Positions 1 to 10,638 of a stretch of 64,000 bases of DNA are shown here, one piece after another. A program made the position numbers and the translations under genes. The notes beneath the pieces are model-generated. The model made no database searches and was not told the origin of the DNA. It worked only from the letters and a program-made list of their open reading frames with translations. The stretch comes from Flectonema sp. DT1601. Lineage: Eukaryota. The stretch is from the NCBI GenBank assembly GCA_964019425.1, contig OZ025789.1, positions 744,001 through 808,000 of the forward strand, written 5' to 3'. Each line of letters opens with the position of its first letter. Position 1 is the stretch's first letter.

Positions 1-3000
1 GAACCCGGAGAAGTACCACACCTGTCAGAGTAGTAAGATTTTAAGATGTCGTTATTCCCATCGAAGTCATCTCCTCCAAAAGTCAAAAAATCCTGTTTTG
101 AGTTTCCCTGGACGTCGCTGTAGTCGCTGGTGTCGGAGGATCCGAAGTAAAGTTTATTAACATTTTGTGTTATCACTAAAACAGTTTCCTTGAGAGCGCT
201 GTACGCTATTCCACTGACAACTGAAGTACCGGAGGCGAGGTCATGAGAGAATACCATCGCTCTTGCAACAAGCCATTCTCTTGTAGATGCGAGATTCAGC
301 CCCGACGCCTCATCGGAAGTCATTCTAACGCTGTATATTCCTATTGCGAATATCGCACAAATAAGTGTTGCGATCACCACCAACGATACTTGACATCTGA
401 ACAGCAATGAACGAAACAGAGGATTGTCCGTCTGGTGCTTTTGCTTTTTTTCAGCCAGCTCTATCAGGGCGTGAACTAGTAATGACGTGACACCAATGAA
501 TGTTATTGCGCAACAAACGTATCCAATTGTAGTAAGGGTCACGACCCTATCGTAAACGTTGTCTTCCTTCTGCAGCATGTCGGATTCGATTGTTTGGAGT
601 GTGGCGTCGATCTCTTTCTGAAATAATTTATTAAACTGGTAGAAAACTTCCAAATACGGAACCGTGAAAGCTACCTCGCGAGCAATGTTTGCACGGTTTT
701 CAGAATTCATCATATCTCGAGGTTTGCTGGTGTAAACATAAGTACGACAATCATAAACACGATCATCACAGAGAGGTGCGAGGAACATGGTTGCCAACTG
801 AGCTTCTTCCGTACTAAAGTTCCACGCCGCATGCCTTAAAAACATTGCCGCACCTTGCGAGAGACTCTCATCAGTGTGATCAGGCGTCGCAAGTGATAAT
901 GAGATCATTTCAAGACTTCGCATTCTCTCCCAATACTTCAGTAATGCCTGCCGCACTCTTTCATATTCTACAGAAGAGCCGCCTTTGTAATATGTGAATT
1001 CTTTATCTGCACTCTGAAAGAAGTCCTTCTTTAAATCTTCAACATATTTATTTAATTGCGAAGGGTTTGGATCAATTGAGTAAAGTTGCGTCTGCCGAAC
1101 TAAATCTGAAGCCTCAGTTAGCGTGTCGTCTGCAAACCGAGTGAAGGCAAAAGCAGTTTCTCTTCGACTGTCGTACGTGCGGATATTACTTCGAAATGAA
1201 TACAACAACAGGACATCAATAAGCACAAGTAAAGTAACGAAGGCATAGACATATCTAACACTACGATATTGAGATAATGTAGGCTTTCGTGAAAGAGAAA
1301 AAATCATCCTCAGCGCCAACAACACAGAAACAATACAGGCAGCAGCGTACAGAAAAATGAAAATGTCGGCGTCTGGAAAAGAGTCGCGTAAAACGGCGAG
1401 GTTCTTAATTGCTTCGTAGTTGGCAAGAACCTCATGCAGGTTTTCTCTAAAAATTCCAGTAAATAATATACTTTGTGCTTGCTTTCTAAGTTGATTAATT
1501 GTGAGTGAATGTGTTTCATCTGATGAGTAATAAGTGTCGCTGGACTTTCTGACATCAGCGTGGTAAAGCAAAACAGTCACAGGATCTGTTTCAGCATGCA
1601 GATACTCATCTGGTGTTGGCCACGTTGCGTCTCTCACGGTTTCTGTTAGAATCGATTCCTGATTGAATGCACGAGTTGCAAGTGAGAGTGACTGCAGTAG
1701 AGAGTTTTTAATCTTTCGCTGTCGCATCTTGCCATGCAGTATTCGATGCATTACTTTAGTATCAGCAGCTGTCTCACGTACCATTGCGTATTCCAATTGC
1801 TTAATAGTCTCTCTACTAATGTGATCCATTGCTTTTATGTATCCTCGGACATCTCCAAATTGTGAATAGAGTCGAGCAGCTTCCACAGTCTCTAGTGTAA
1901 CTTGCTTCATTCGAGTTGTTACCAATCGAAGGTTCCTCGCTTCGGTGTATGGCCCTCCTAAATCAGATGTTTGGGCAACAATTTCAGAACACGCAAAGCA
2001 AATAACACTCATCGCTATTATCAATAAGATGTTTACGAGCCAAAACTCAGTTGGAATTCCTTCGTCTTTTTTCGACTCTTCTCTCCTGCGCTTTCCTTTT
2101 TCGTTTGTTTCCTCAATTACGGTATCCTCAGGTGTTGGATCTTCTTCTTCTTGCGGGGCACCTGACCCGAGAATTTCCTTGCCGGGGAATTGAACTGTTT
2201 TTTGCTGATCGCTTACAGCTTCACTACCGTTGACGGTGTCAGTTGCCTTCCAGTGATGATTGCTATCAATACAAAGAATAGAAGGTGGGAGGTGGACTTC
2301 TAAGATGTGTTCCTGCACAAAAGCGATGGTCTCCGGGTCTAGAATTACTGCTGCCTGTCTTTGAACCAAACGAATGTGTTCCTTCAATTGGATCGTCAAT
2401 GTGTCATTACGAAGTCCGCAGGCAACTCGAGCGTTATAAATCTTATCTAAATTTATACTTGACGGATCGTCTTCAATTGGTAATCCTGCTCTACCTCTCT
2501 CAATTTGATGAAGAATTTTCTCTGGGATTGTTGGGTCATTCGCAGCTCCGCGTTTTCTATGATGATTCGTGTCCTCCTTACGCACACGGATGGCCATCAC
2601 TCTTTCTTTTGCAATTTGAGACATCCTCTCCAAAGTGTCGTAGGGGATTAGTGTGAACAATTGTAACGTCACCATCTTAGAGATTGTAATCTTTTTAAAG
2701 TTCCAAATAAACAGCAAATAAATCATCGCAATTACGGCCACAGATGTGACAAACAAACCCACCAATGCTCTCGTAGCACCGTCAAGTACCTTAGTACTCT
2801 CATCTTGGTAGTACGTCATGCTCATGTTGAAAGCTTCTGATATTCTGTGTGGAGCATTTGCTAATACGAATTTAATATGTCCATTGTTCTTTATCTGTTC
2901 GATAACACTTGTACTCACTGGGTCTGATGATGATCGGATTCCCTGAAAGGTGACCTCACTTGCAACGAGGCTTTGAATTACTGAATCTGTTAAGTTCAAT

Positions 3001-5444
3001 TCGATACCAACAAGGGCGCTAGATATTAGATTACCAAGTTCCCAGAATGCAACAATTGTCTCAACTGGTTGAGCATGTTGGTAAGTTGTTATAATGTGAA
3101 GAGGTTCTTCTAAATAAGTTGTGTGGTCTTCGTAAACACTTCGATACTTTCCGTACATTAGTTCATTGTGTGCAGCTGTGAACTTGCTGCCTGTTTGTGC
3201 GATTTGCTCGCGCTTTTCCAATAAAACTTTTTCCTTTTGACTGAAATCAGTTGCCGTGTCACTTAAGATTTTAACGAATTCTTGAATTTCATATGCTGCG
3301 CGTTGCGTTAGCATTCTCGCCTCCCCAGCAAGTTGAAGTTTGCGAATTACATCCGTCTGAGTAATAACAAAACGAGTCTCAAGTATCATATTGCCAGCAA
3401 CAAGTAAAGCAAGCAGTAAGAACACGAGATTTAAATTAAAGGCTAACTTCTTAACTGTGCTGTTAGATGTTCCGAAAGTGTCTCGCTTCGTAATATTTTC
3501 AAGCAGTCTCTGTACTACAACACCTTCTGATGTTTGTGCAGCTCCCTTGCGAGAACCTCCCATTTTGATAGATTTCTTTTCAGCTTCCAGTTCGGCGACT
3601 TCTTCGCGGCAGAAGCGGGCGGCATCAACATTCAAAACTACATCTTCGAGGAAGTCTGCGAAGACTTTCATCACACCCAAGTCACCACTTAGAGCCTTCT
3701 TAAACAACACCATTCCATTCTCTCTATTCTCAGCGATACTTGACGCCAGTTGACTAATTTGTATCATATCCACTGACAGCTCCATTAACCGTAACCAAAA
3801 CTGATGCATCTGAGACAAAGCTTCTTCGTGTACCTTTACAGCCTGCTTTCCAAATATCTGGTGATGCCTTTCCTTAATTCGCAAGCTTCTCCTCAACCTC
3901 TCAATCAGCTTGTGTGTGTTGTACTCTGCATTAATGGAGGCTCTGTGCAGGAATATGCGACCAACTTCTTCATTCTTTACGAGGAAGGAATATGCCATTT
4001 GGGGTCTCATTGCAATTATGAGTAAGAACCAAGTGTAGTTGAGCTTCACTGCAACATCCTTCTTAAACGCCAGGAGACCCTTCGAGTAGATCCTGGCCAC
4101 GTAATTAATGTGATAGAAGTCTGCAGGGATTCCCTGCAAAAATAACTCAGAGAGGCATCTTCCTGCAAGCTCAACATCGGTATTGACGTACACTTTTTTT
4201 ACGTACGGTGCGCAAACAACACTCTCAGTCGGCAAGTAAACGCTGTTGTGCTTGTTGTATGCCTGAGTAAGAACACCACCAGCACTACCATTGTACAACA
4301 TCGATGTGAATGCTTGGTCGCAAGCTGGTAATCCTTCCGGAAAACTTGAAAATTTAGGAAGTTGACGCGTTCCGATGGCAGCATTGCGGCTACTCAAATC
4401 TCCTCCCCGCTGTTCTTCCATCGAACTAATAGCGTGCTCAGCAACTCTGTACGTCGACATCAAATATGATGCAGCACAGAAGATCGGAATACCACCAACA
4501 AGTAAAACTGTTAGCGAGTCGGAGTGTTTGCGTACATTCGCAATTTCATAAATCCCTCTTATCAGAGCGAGTAATCCACACGTTCCATGTTGCGAAACCT
4601 TCAAACTATTGCACTGGACTCTGTAGTAGGGCATCATGAAACCATACAACATCGCCATCGGGATACTCATAGCGGCGATTATGAAACAATAGCTCGCCAC
4701 GCTGCCACGACTTAGCAGGATGCGGAATACAAAAACAGATACAACGCGAAGCCAGAAATCGAAGCTGTCTGCGTGGCTGTGGGCCTTCGAGTAGAAATAA
4801 GACGACATGTCTTCGTACAGCGATACTCGCAAGACGTAGCAGACCGGGAGAAAACAGGCCAGAACTAGAATGCCGGCTACGAAGTGAGCGAAGTGGCTGG
4901 AAGACCAACACTCTGTGTTATCTGTGAACATCCAAAGCTTGCCGTCGTCACCACAAACCATAACAGCAGCTGCACAGTGGAGGAGAGGTATGAAAAGCCA
5001 CGAGATGGCTGAGACAACACAAGCTCGCATAGCTGAGACGATATTTTTGTGAGCTTTTTTAGTAAGGCTGGTCAGTGCCACAACTGTTCCTATCGAAAAC
5101 ACTCCAGTAAACACCCAAAAGAAAGCACAGTAGTCCAGATACTTCATTCCTATATAATTGTCATCATAAAGTGGGAAGTGACTCGTGTAGATCATTTTTG
5201 GAAGGATGCCAACAGAGTCACCCCAATCAATATGAGGGTTCACAATAAAACTCAATATCTGCAAGGAGTCAATCACTACTGATGCTGTTACTACCTTAGC
5301 AGGCCATTCGTTTTGGAGGGTTGTCATGACTGGGAATATCTTTCCAAACAACCCTTCTTGTGAACGCTTCTCAACCTCACTTACGATCACCGTTGATGTT
5401 GTGGCCATCGTCATATCGGACTCGGATTGCATTTGTATTGTCAT
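1..5444 (-). CDS. TmcB/TmcC-like large polytopic membrane receptor, >1814 aa, 3' end beyond window edge
   Basis: ATG at 5444 follows acceptor ..catcaacag (5460). The frame is open wherever hand-translated, down to base 3; the ORF track shows no terminated ORF in this frame. N-terminal multi-TM block (IDSLQILSF, ECWSSSH, MMPYY), TPR-like region (DVELAGRCL, IYSKGLLAF..LNYTWFL, HEEALSQMHQFWLRLM), then repeated TM-extracellular-TM modules. Confidence 0.88.
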   Translation of the reverse strand, partial: MTIQMQSESDMTMATTSTVIVSEVEKRSQEGLFGKIFPVMTTLQNEWPAKVVTASVVIDSLQILSFIVNPHIDWGDSVGILPKMIYTSHFPLYDDNYIGMKYLDYCAFFWVFTGVFSIGTVVALTSLTKKAHKNIVSAMRACVVSAISWLFIPLLHCAAAVMVCGDDGKLWMFTDNTECWSSSHFAHFVAGILVLACFLPVCYVLRVSLYEDMSSYFYSKAHSHADSFDFWLRVVSVFVFRILLSRGSVASYCFIIAAMSIPMAMLYGFMMPYYRVQCNSLKVSQHGTCGLLALIRGIYEIANVRKHSDSLTVLLVGGIPIFCAASYLMSTYRVAEHAISSMEEQRGGDLSSRNAAIGTRQLPKFSSFPEGLPACDQAFTSMLYNGSAGGVLTQAYNKHNSVYLPTESVVCAPYVKKVYVNTDVELAGRCLSELFLQGIPADFYHINYVARIYSKGLLAFKKDVAVKLNYTWFLLIIAMRPQMAYSFLVKNEEVGRIFLHRASINAEYNTHKLIERLRRSLRIKERHHQIFGKQAVKVHEEALSQMHQFWLRLMELSVDMIQISQLASSIAENRENGMVLFKKALSGDLGVMKVFADFLEDVVLNVDAARFCREEVAELEAEKKSIKMGGSRKGAAQTSEGVVVQRLLENITKRDTFGTSNSTVKKLAFNLNLVFLLLALLVAGNMILETRFVITQTDVIRKLQLAGEARMLTQRAAYEIQEFVKILSDTATDFSQKEKVLLEKREQIAQTGSKFTAAHNELMYGKYRSVYEDHTTYLEEPLHIITTYQHAQPVETIVAFWELGNLISSALVGIELNLTDSVIQSLVASEVTFQGIRSSSDPVSTSVIEQIKNNGHIKFVLANAPHRISEAFNMSMTYYQDESTKVLDGATRALVGLFVTSVAVIAMIYLLFIWNFKKITISKMVTLQLFTLIPYDTLERMSQIAKERVMAIRVRKEDTNHHRKRGAANDPTIPEKILHQIERGRAGLPIEDDPSSINLDKIYNARVACGLRNDTLTIQLKEHIRLVQRQAAVILDPETIAFVQEHILEVHLPPSILCIDSNHHWKATDTVNGSEAVSDQQKTVQFPGKEILGSGAPQEEEDPTPEDTVIEETNEKGKRRREESKKDEGIPTEFWLVNILLIIAMSVICFACSEIVAQTSDLGGPYTEARNLRLVTTRMKQVTLETVEAARLYSQFGDVRGYIKAMDHISRETIKQLEYAMVRETAADTKVMHRILHGKMRQRKIKNSLLQSLSLATRAFNQESILTETVRDATWPTPDEYLHAETDPVTVLLYHADVRKSSDTYYSSDETHSLTINQLRKQAQSILFTGIFRENLHEVLANYEAIKNLAVLRDSFPDADIFIFLYAAACIVSVLLALRMIFSLSRKPTLSQYRSVRYVYAFVTLLVLIDVLLLYSFRSNIRTYDSRRETAFAFTRFADDTLTEASDLVRQTQLYSIDPNPSQLNKYVEDLKKDFFQSADKEFTYYKGGSSVEYERVRQALLKYWERMRSLEMISLSLATPDHTDESLSQGAAMFLRHAAWNFSTEEAQLATMFLAPLCDDRVYDCRTYVYTSKPRDMMNSENRANIAREVAFTVPYLEVFYQFNKLFQKEIDATLQTIESDMLQKEDNVYDRVVTLTTIGYVCCAITFIGVTSLLVHALIELAEKKQKHQTDNPLFRSLLFRCQVSLVVIATLICAIFAIGIYSVRMTSDEASGLNLASTREWLVARAMVFSHDLASGTSVVSGIAYSALKETVLVITQNVNKLYFGSSDTSDYSDVQGNSKQDFLTFGGDDFDGNNDILKSYYSDRCGTSPG

Positions 5445-6004
5445 CGCTTGGGATGGGAACTGTTGATGTGAAATATAGTTTGAAGTCCAAAGTAAATTGC
5501 ATCACCTGAAAGTCTTTGACATCTCGAATACCACTCCCAGACCTGTTATTTAAATGATAAGGATAAGTAGGCTACCACAAAGTAATCTTCTCAATCATAA
5601 TTCCTTTGTATCCTTCGGTCTCAGTTGTGTTTGGATCTCTTCTCGATTCAGATCATTTAAGACCAACATAAATATATTACTTCGTGCAACTGGAAACACA
5701 AGTTTTCTTTTTCGAGGTGTGGAATTCAAGAAGACAAGCTGTCAAGAAGAAGATTCATCAGCTGTGCACCAACAATCAGAATAGGTAGATGGTTGGCGGC
5801 GCATCAAACAATCTTCCCTTTTCTAAACCAACGGTAGGCCGGAGGTTAGTCCCCGCAGGTCGCCTTTTAACTTCTGGAGCGCAGGTTATTGCTTGATAAG
5901 GAAAGGTTTCTTTCAAAAAAAAAAAAAGAAAAGAAAAGAGAGCCATCGAGAAAAAGGATTAATTGGTTTGAATTATTAAAAACGATGTCAACACAGTCGC
6001 AGGT

Positions 6005-6607
6005 CTAGTTTTCATCCTCATTGAGAACCTTCACTATATCATGGTTTGGTTTAGATCTCGATTCACAGTCTGATTTAGATCTCAATTTCCACTTATGTCT
6101 GAGTGCTACGACAACACCCAGGAACGAAATTGGGATTGCGAGACCGAACTTAGTAAGTGTACAGAACCCCATGAAATGAGCAGTCTTTGGACCTGAAAAG
6201 ATGTTGTACAAGATGTTTGTGTTTTCAAGAATGTCAGCAATCATCGGAAGCACAGCAAAAAAACAAACTCTGTCCCAGCCTCCGTAAGCTAATAAGGAAA
6301 GCATCCAAGGATAGAAGGTCAAGATAATAAAAGTATCAACTGCTAAAGTGTATATTACGTGGTCCATCTTCCCCTTGTGTCCGTACAATTCGAACCAAGA
6401 AGCCAGTTTGTCATTATCATACGGCACCTCGAACTCTTGCAAGTCCAGGATTCCGAGTACTCCACCCGTTGTCTTTTCGAACAAGTACTTCTGAAGAATA
6501 GCACTAACACCAAATCCCAAAGCTGAAATAATACACATCACCCACATGTACTTAACACAGAACACTCGGATTCTCTTCAAACATTTACGCTTGTTTTCGG
6601 ACGACAT
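6005..6607 (-). CDS. Uncharacterised 4-TM membrane protein, paralog 1 (200 aa)
   Basis: Intact ORF with motifs ILDLQ..Y, LYGHKGK, DTFIILTFY, ADILEN, CTLTKF; two further copies nearby. Confidence 0.9.
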   Translation of the reverse strand: MSSENKRKCLKRIRVFCVKYMWVMCIISALGFGVSAILQKYLFEKTTGGVLGILDLQEFEVPYDNDKLASWFELYGHKGKMDHVIYTLAVDTFIILTFYPWMLSLLAYGGWDRVCFFAVLPMIADILENTNILYNIFSGPKTAHFMGFCTLTKFGLAIPISFLGVVVALRHKWKLRSKSDCESRSKPNHDIVKVLNEDEN

Positions 6608-6754
6608 TTTTTATTCGATATGGCGCTGAGAGTGTAGAAATGATAAAGCCGGTTGTACAGAAGTTGTTTTATTACATTTTGCTTATTAGCATTTTCCTCA
6701 TCACATACCCTGCACCACCAGTTTGCGGTACCTTAGCTAGTGGGGAATAGTGAG

Positions 6755-6960
6755 GGAGAGGTATAAAAAGCCATGAGGTGGCTGGAGTGACTCGTGTAGA
6801 TCATTATTGGAAGGATGCTAACAGAGTCATCCTAATGTTGATGTTGTGGCCTATCGGACTCGAATTGCATTTGTATTGTCGTCGCTGGGGGTGGGAACTG
6901 TTGATGTGAAATATGGTCTGAAGTCTGACGTAAATTGCATCACCTGAAAGTCTTTGACAA
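6755..6960 (-). pseudogene. Deleted, degenerate copy of the 5' end of the TmcB-like gene
   Basis: Blocks match ~4981-5012, ~5177-5225 and ~5392-5520 with internal deletions. The start codon is changed ATG>ACG (tgtcatcgc vs tgtcgtcgc on +). Confidence 0.85.
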
Positions 6961-7439
6961 TGAATTCCTTTGTATCCTTGGTCTCAGTTGTGTTTGGATC
7001 TCTTCTCGAAGTCCCAAGAGATGAGTTCTTCAGATCATTCCCAAGACCAACATAAATAAATTACTTCGTGCAACTGAAAACACGAGTTTTCTCTTTTTTC
7101 GAGGTGTGGAATTCAAGAAGACAAGCTGTCAAGAAGAAGATTCATCAGCTGTGCACCAACAATCAGAATAGGTAGATGGTTGGCGGCGCATCAAACAATC
7201 TTCCATTTTCTAAACCAACGGTAGGCCGGAGGTTAGTCCCTGCAGGTCGCCTTTTAACTTCTGGAGCGCAGGTTATTGCTTGATAAGGAAAGGTTAAAAG
7301 AGTATCTAGAGAGATGGCTCCTCAGAAGAAAACGCGGGTCTGGGTCAGGATGTTATCCCAATCCTCCACAAAGAAAAAAAAAGAGAGCCATCGAGAAAAA
7401 GGGTTTAATTGGTTTGAGTTATTAAAAATGATGTCAGGT

Positions 7440-8018
7440 CTAGTTTTCATCCTCATTGAGAGGTTTCACCATTTCACAGTTCGGTTTAGATCTCGATTCC
7501 CACTTTTGTATGAGTGCTACGGCGACACCCAGGAGCGCAATTGGGATTCCAAGACCGAACTTAGTAAGTGTGCAGTACCCCATGAAAAGAGCGGTCTTTG
7601 GACCTGAAAAGATGTTGTACAAGATGTTTGCGTTTTCAAGAATGTCAGCAATCATCGGAAGCACAGCAATAAAACAAACTCTGTCCCAGCCTCCGTAAGC
7701 TAATAAGGAAAGCATCCAAGGATAGTATGTCAAGATAATAAAAGTATCAACTGCTAAAGTGTATATTACGTGGTCCATCTTCCCCTGATGTCCGTACAAT
7801 TCGAACCAAGAAGCTAGTTTGTCATTATCATACGGCACCTCCTTCTCTTGCATGTCCAGGATTCCGAGTACTCCACCCGTATTCCTTTCGAAGACGTACT
7901 TCTGAAGAATAGCGCTCACACCTAATCCCAAAGCTGAAATAATAAACATCACCCACATGTACTTAACACAGAACACTCGGATTCTCTTCAAACATTTACA
8001 CTCGTTTTTGGACGACAT
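7440..8018 (-). CDS. Uncharacterised 4-TM membrane protein, paralog 2 (192 aa)
   Basis: Intact ORF highly similar to 6005-6607. Confidence 0.9.
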   Translation of the reverse strand: MSSKNECKCLKRIRVFCVKYMWVMFIISALGLGVSAILQKYVFERNTGGVLGILDMQEKEVPYDNDKLASWFELYGHQGKMDHVIYTLAVDTFIILTYYPWMLSLLAYGGWDRVCFIAVLPMIADILENANILYNIFSGPKTALFMGYCTLTKFGLGIPIALLGVAVALIQKWESRSKPNCEMVKPLNEDEN

Positions 8019-8174
8019 TTATTCGATATGGCGCTGAAAGTGTAGAAATGACAAAGCCGGTTGTACAGAAGAAGGTTTTTTACATTTTGCTGATTAGCAT
8101 TTTCTTCATCACATACCCTGCACCACCAGTTTGCGGGTACCTTAACTGCACGGTGGGGGAATTTGATGCGATAG

Positions 8175-8250
8175 GGGAGAGGTATAAAAAGCCACGAGAT
8201 GGCTGGGAAGTTAGTGACTCGTGTAGATCATTTTTGGAAGGATGCTAACA
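8175..8250 (-). pseudogene. Second, shorter relic of the TmcB-like 5' coding region
   Basis: ggagaggtataaaaagccacgagatggctg and gtgactcgtgtagatcatttttggaaggatgc match ~4982-5012 and ~5178-5210. Confidence 0.8.
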
Positions 8251-9094
8251 AACACAGAAGAAAACACAGAAGAAAACTCGAGTCTGCCTGTGTCAGGATG
8301 GTATCCCTATCTTCTACAAAAAAAAAAGAAAAAGAGAGCCATCGAGAACAAGTCAGTTAATATGATGAATGGTTATCAGTCAATTAAAAAAAAAAAAAAA
8401 AAAAAATTCAATCAAATGCAAAAATTCGTAAAAACAGGACAAGAGAATAAGTTAGAATATGAGTTAGTTATTAGTTAGTCAGCGAGCCCGACATGCTGTC
8501 GAGTACTAATTGAGTAGACGCAACAGGCGGAACAGGTGTGAGTCTCCAATACTATGACATTATGTCGAACCTAATCCCTGAGAGGATCACCCTTTTTAGC
8601 TTCAGCGAGGAATACTAAAAAAAAGTGTTTAAGCTGGTTTGAATTACTGTATTTATAAATAACACAGATGGTGAATAAAAGGTCTCCAAATTTTCGAAAA
8701 AAAGGCCAAACAGTGTTTTTTTTCAGTAGAAACACTCATAGAAAACACTTAGCAAAATTCGGATTCTGGAATTTTTTTTATTCTAAATTATCGACATCTG
8801 AACTACAGGCTGGTCTTGTGTACCAAGGCAAGCTGTTAGGATTAATCTCGGTCCAGAATCGAAACGATTGACACGTTTGTAGCAACCTGGTGGAACAGAA
8901 AATTTTCATACTCAAAAACTAGCAGTCAAAATGTGTGCCTTTACACAACTATTATAAATATCATCCAACGTTTTTTTTCCCAGAATCCACTGTCTTTCTT
9001 ATTTTCAAAACTGTTCTATCCCAAGTTTTTTTATACACTTTTTTATACTCCACGTTTATAATAAAAATAAAATGATGTCAACACAGTCGCAGGT

Positions 9095-9673
9095 CTAGTT
9101 CTCATCCTCATTGAGAACCTTCACCATTTCACTGTTTGGTTTAGATCTCAATTTCCACTTGTGTCTGAGTGCTACGACAACACCCAGGAACGAAATTGGG
9201 ATTGCGAGACCGAACTTAGTAAGTGTGCAGAACCCCATGAAAACAGCGGTCTTTGGACCTGAAAAGATGTTGTACAAGATGTTTGTGTTTTCAAGAATGT
9301 CAGCAATCATCGGAAGCACAGCAATAAAACAAACTCTGTCCCAGCCTCCGTAAGCTAATAAGGAAAGCATCCAAGGATAGAAGGTCAAGATAATAAAAGT
9401 ATCAACTGCTAAAGTGTATATTACGTGGTCCATCTTCCCCTGATGTCCGTACAATTCGAACCAAGAAGCCAGTTTGTCATTATCATACGGCACCTCGAAC
9501 TCTTGCATGTCCAGGATTCCGAGTACTCCACCCGTCTTCTTTTCGAACAAGTACTTCTGAAGAATAGCACTAACACCAAATCCCAAAGCTGAAATAATAC
9601 ACATCACCCACATGTACTTAACACAGAACACTCGGATTCTCTTCAAACATTTACACTCGTTTTCGGACGACAT
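9095..9673 (-). CDS. Uncharacterised 4-TM membrane protein, paralog 3 (192 aa)
   Basis: Intact ORF highly similar to the other two copies. Confidence 0.9.
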   Translation of the reverse strand: MSSENECKCLKRIRVFCVKYMWVMCIISALGFGVSAILQKYLFEKKTGGVLGILDMQEFEVPYDNDKLASWFELYGHQGKMDHVIYTLAVDTFIILTFYPWMLSLLAYGGWDRVCFIAVLPMIADILENTNILYNIFSGPKTAVFMGFCTLTKFGLAIPISFLGVVVALRHKWKLRSKPNSEMVKVLNEDEN

Positions 9674-10638
9674 TTTTTATTCGATGTGGCGCTGAGAGTG
9701 TAGAAATGATAAAGCCGGTTGTACAGAAGTTGTTTTATATTTACTTCGTTGCTTATTGAGTGGAGGTGCTTATTAGCATTTCCCTCATCACATACGCTGC
9801 ATCACTAGTTTGCACTGAAAAAGAATTTCCTTGTGTGGTGTGTGCTTTGCGCTTTCTCTGTATATAATAGTTCAACAACGATCTCTTTAATACCATCTTA
9901 AAACTGTAGGTCAATCCGCCTTCTTATTATTCATCGTTATGGTTGTACAGCCGGTTCTCCAACTGCTCGGTTTAAAATATCGTTTCCCGCAGCAGTTTCC
10001 TTTTTTGTCGCAATTCGATACAACGTAACACAAGCTTTAGGACCGACAAGCCACAGACATATACTGTTTTTAGTTGTGTTTCAGGGAGTCAATAAAGAAC
10101 GAACAAAAATAGAAACTAAAATAAATCACACACCCTACACATGAGAATATCATTAAGAATTGAGCCACCAGTAAGTCCACAGCTGTTCCTCGCCAATCGA
10201 CAATTCCCCATATTGCAATGCCAATAAGGGTCAGCAGGCACAATTCGCGTAGCATCTGACCTTCTCCTGTAGTTGATTCACAGTTTATGGTCCTGCTGGG
10301 GTGAGAAACAATAATAACACCAGCAGTGGTTTGGATTTATAAAAAAGTGCAGCCTGTCTGCTTGCAAACGAAGCCGCCTCAACTCTTTTCGGATATGTTT
10401 TTGCTTCTGCGAGAGAGAGAATATTATCTAAGAAAGTATTGTTTATAATGATAATTAGGATAACATAAAAAGTAACTAAACTGATGCAGAACCGGACGGA
10501 AACCCGACCAATTAGAATTTAGATAAATAATATCGCGAGCTGTGGTGATTTCACTCACTGTTGTGTTTTGTGTAAATGCAAAACTTCTTTACTTTGAAGA
10601 AGTTTCAGTGAGAATGACTGGAAGCGGAAATGAATATT

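Larger units (their letters stand above)
4981..9815. repeat. Three-unit degenerate tandem segmental duplication (~1.4-1.8 kb units)
   Basis: Each unit is receptor 5' sequence + spacer + small membrane gene + upstream flank. Spacer 5711-5908 is almost identical to 7098-7295. Confidence 0.9.

Noticed and set aside
1310..5282. Short track ORFs in the first 5.3 kb, and + strand ORFs overlapping long genes elsewhere
   Set aside because: Shadow frames of the long minus-strand CDSs.
5648..5762. C/D snoRNA (CTGATGA..CTGA on the minus strand)
   Set aside because: No terminal stem or recognisable rRNA guide, and the putative guide differs between the two copies.
5860..5872. U5 snRNA loop-1-like TCGCCTTTTA
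   Set aside because: Not presented in a U5-type stem-loop; no Sm site context.
9820..10380. Hydrophobic 61-aa ORF (10070-10255) and flanking broken frames
   Set aside because: Possibly a decayed gene, but no recognisable homology or consistent frame.
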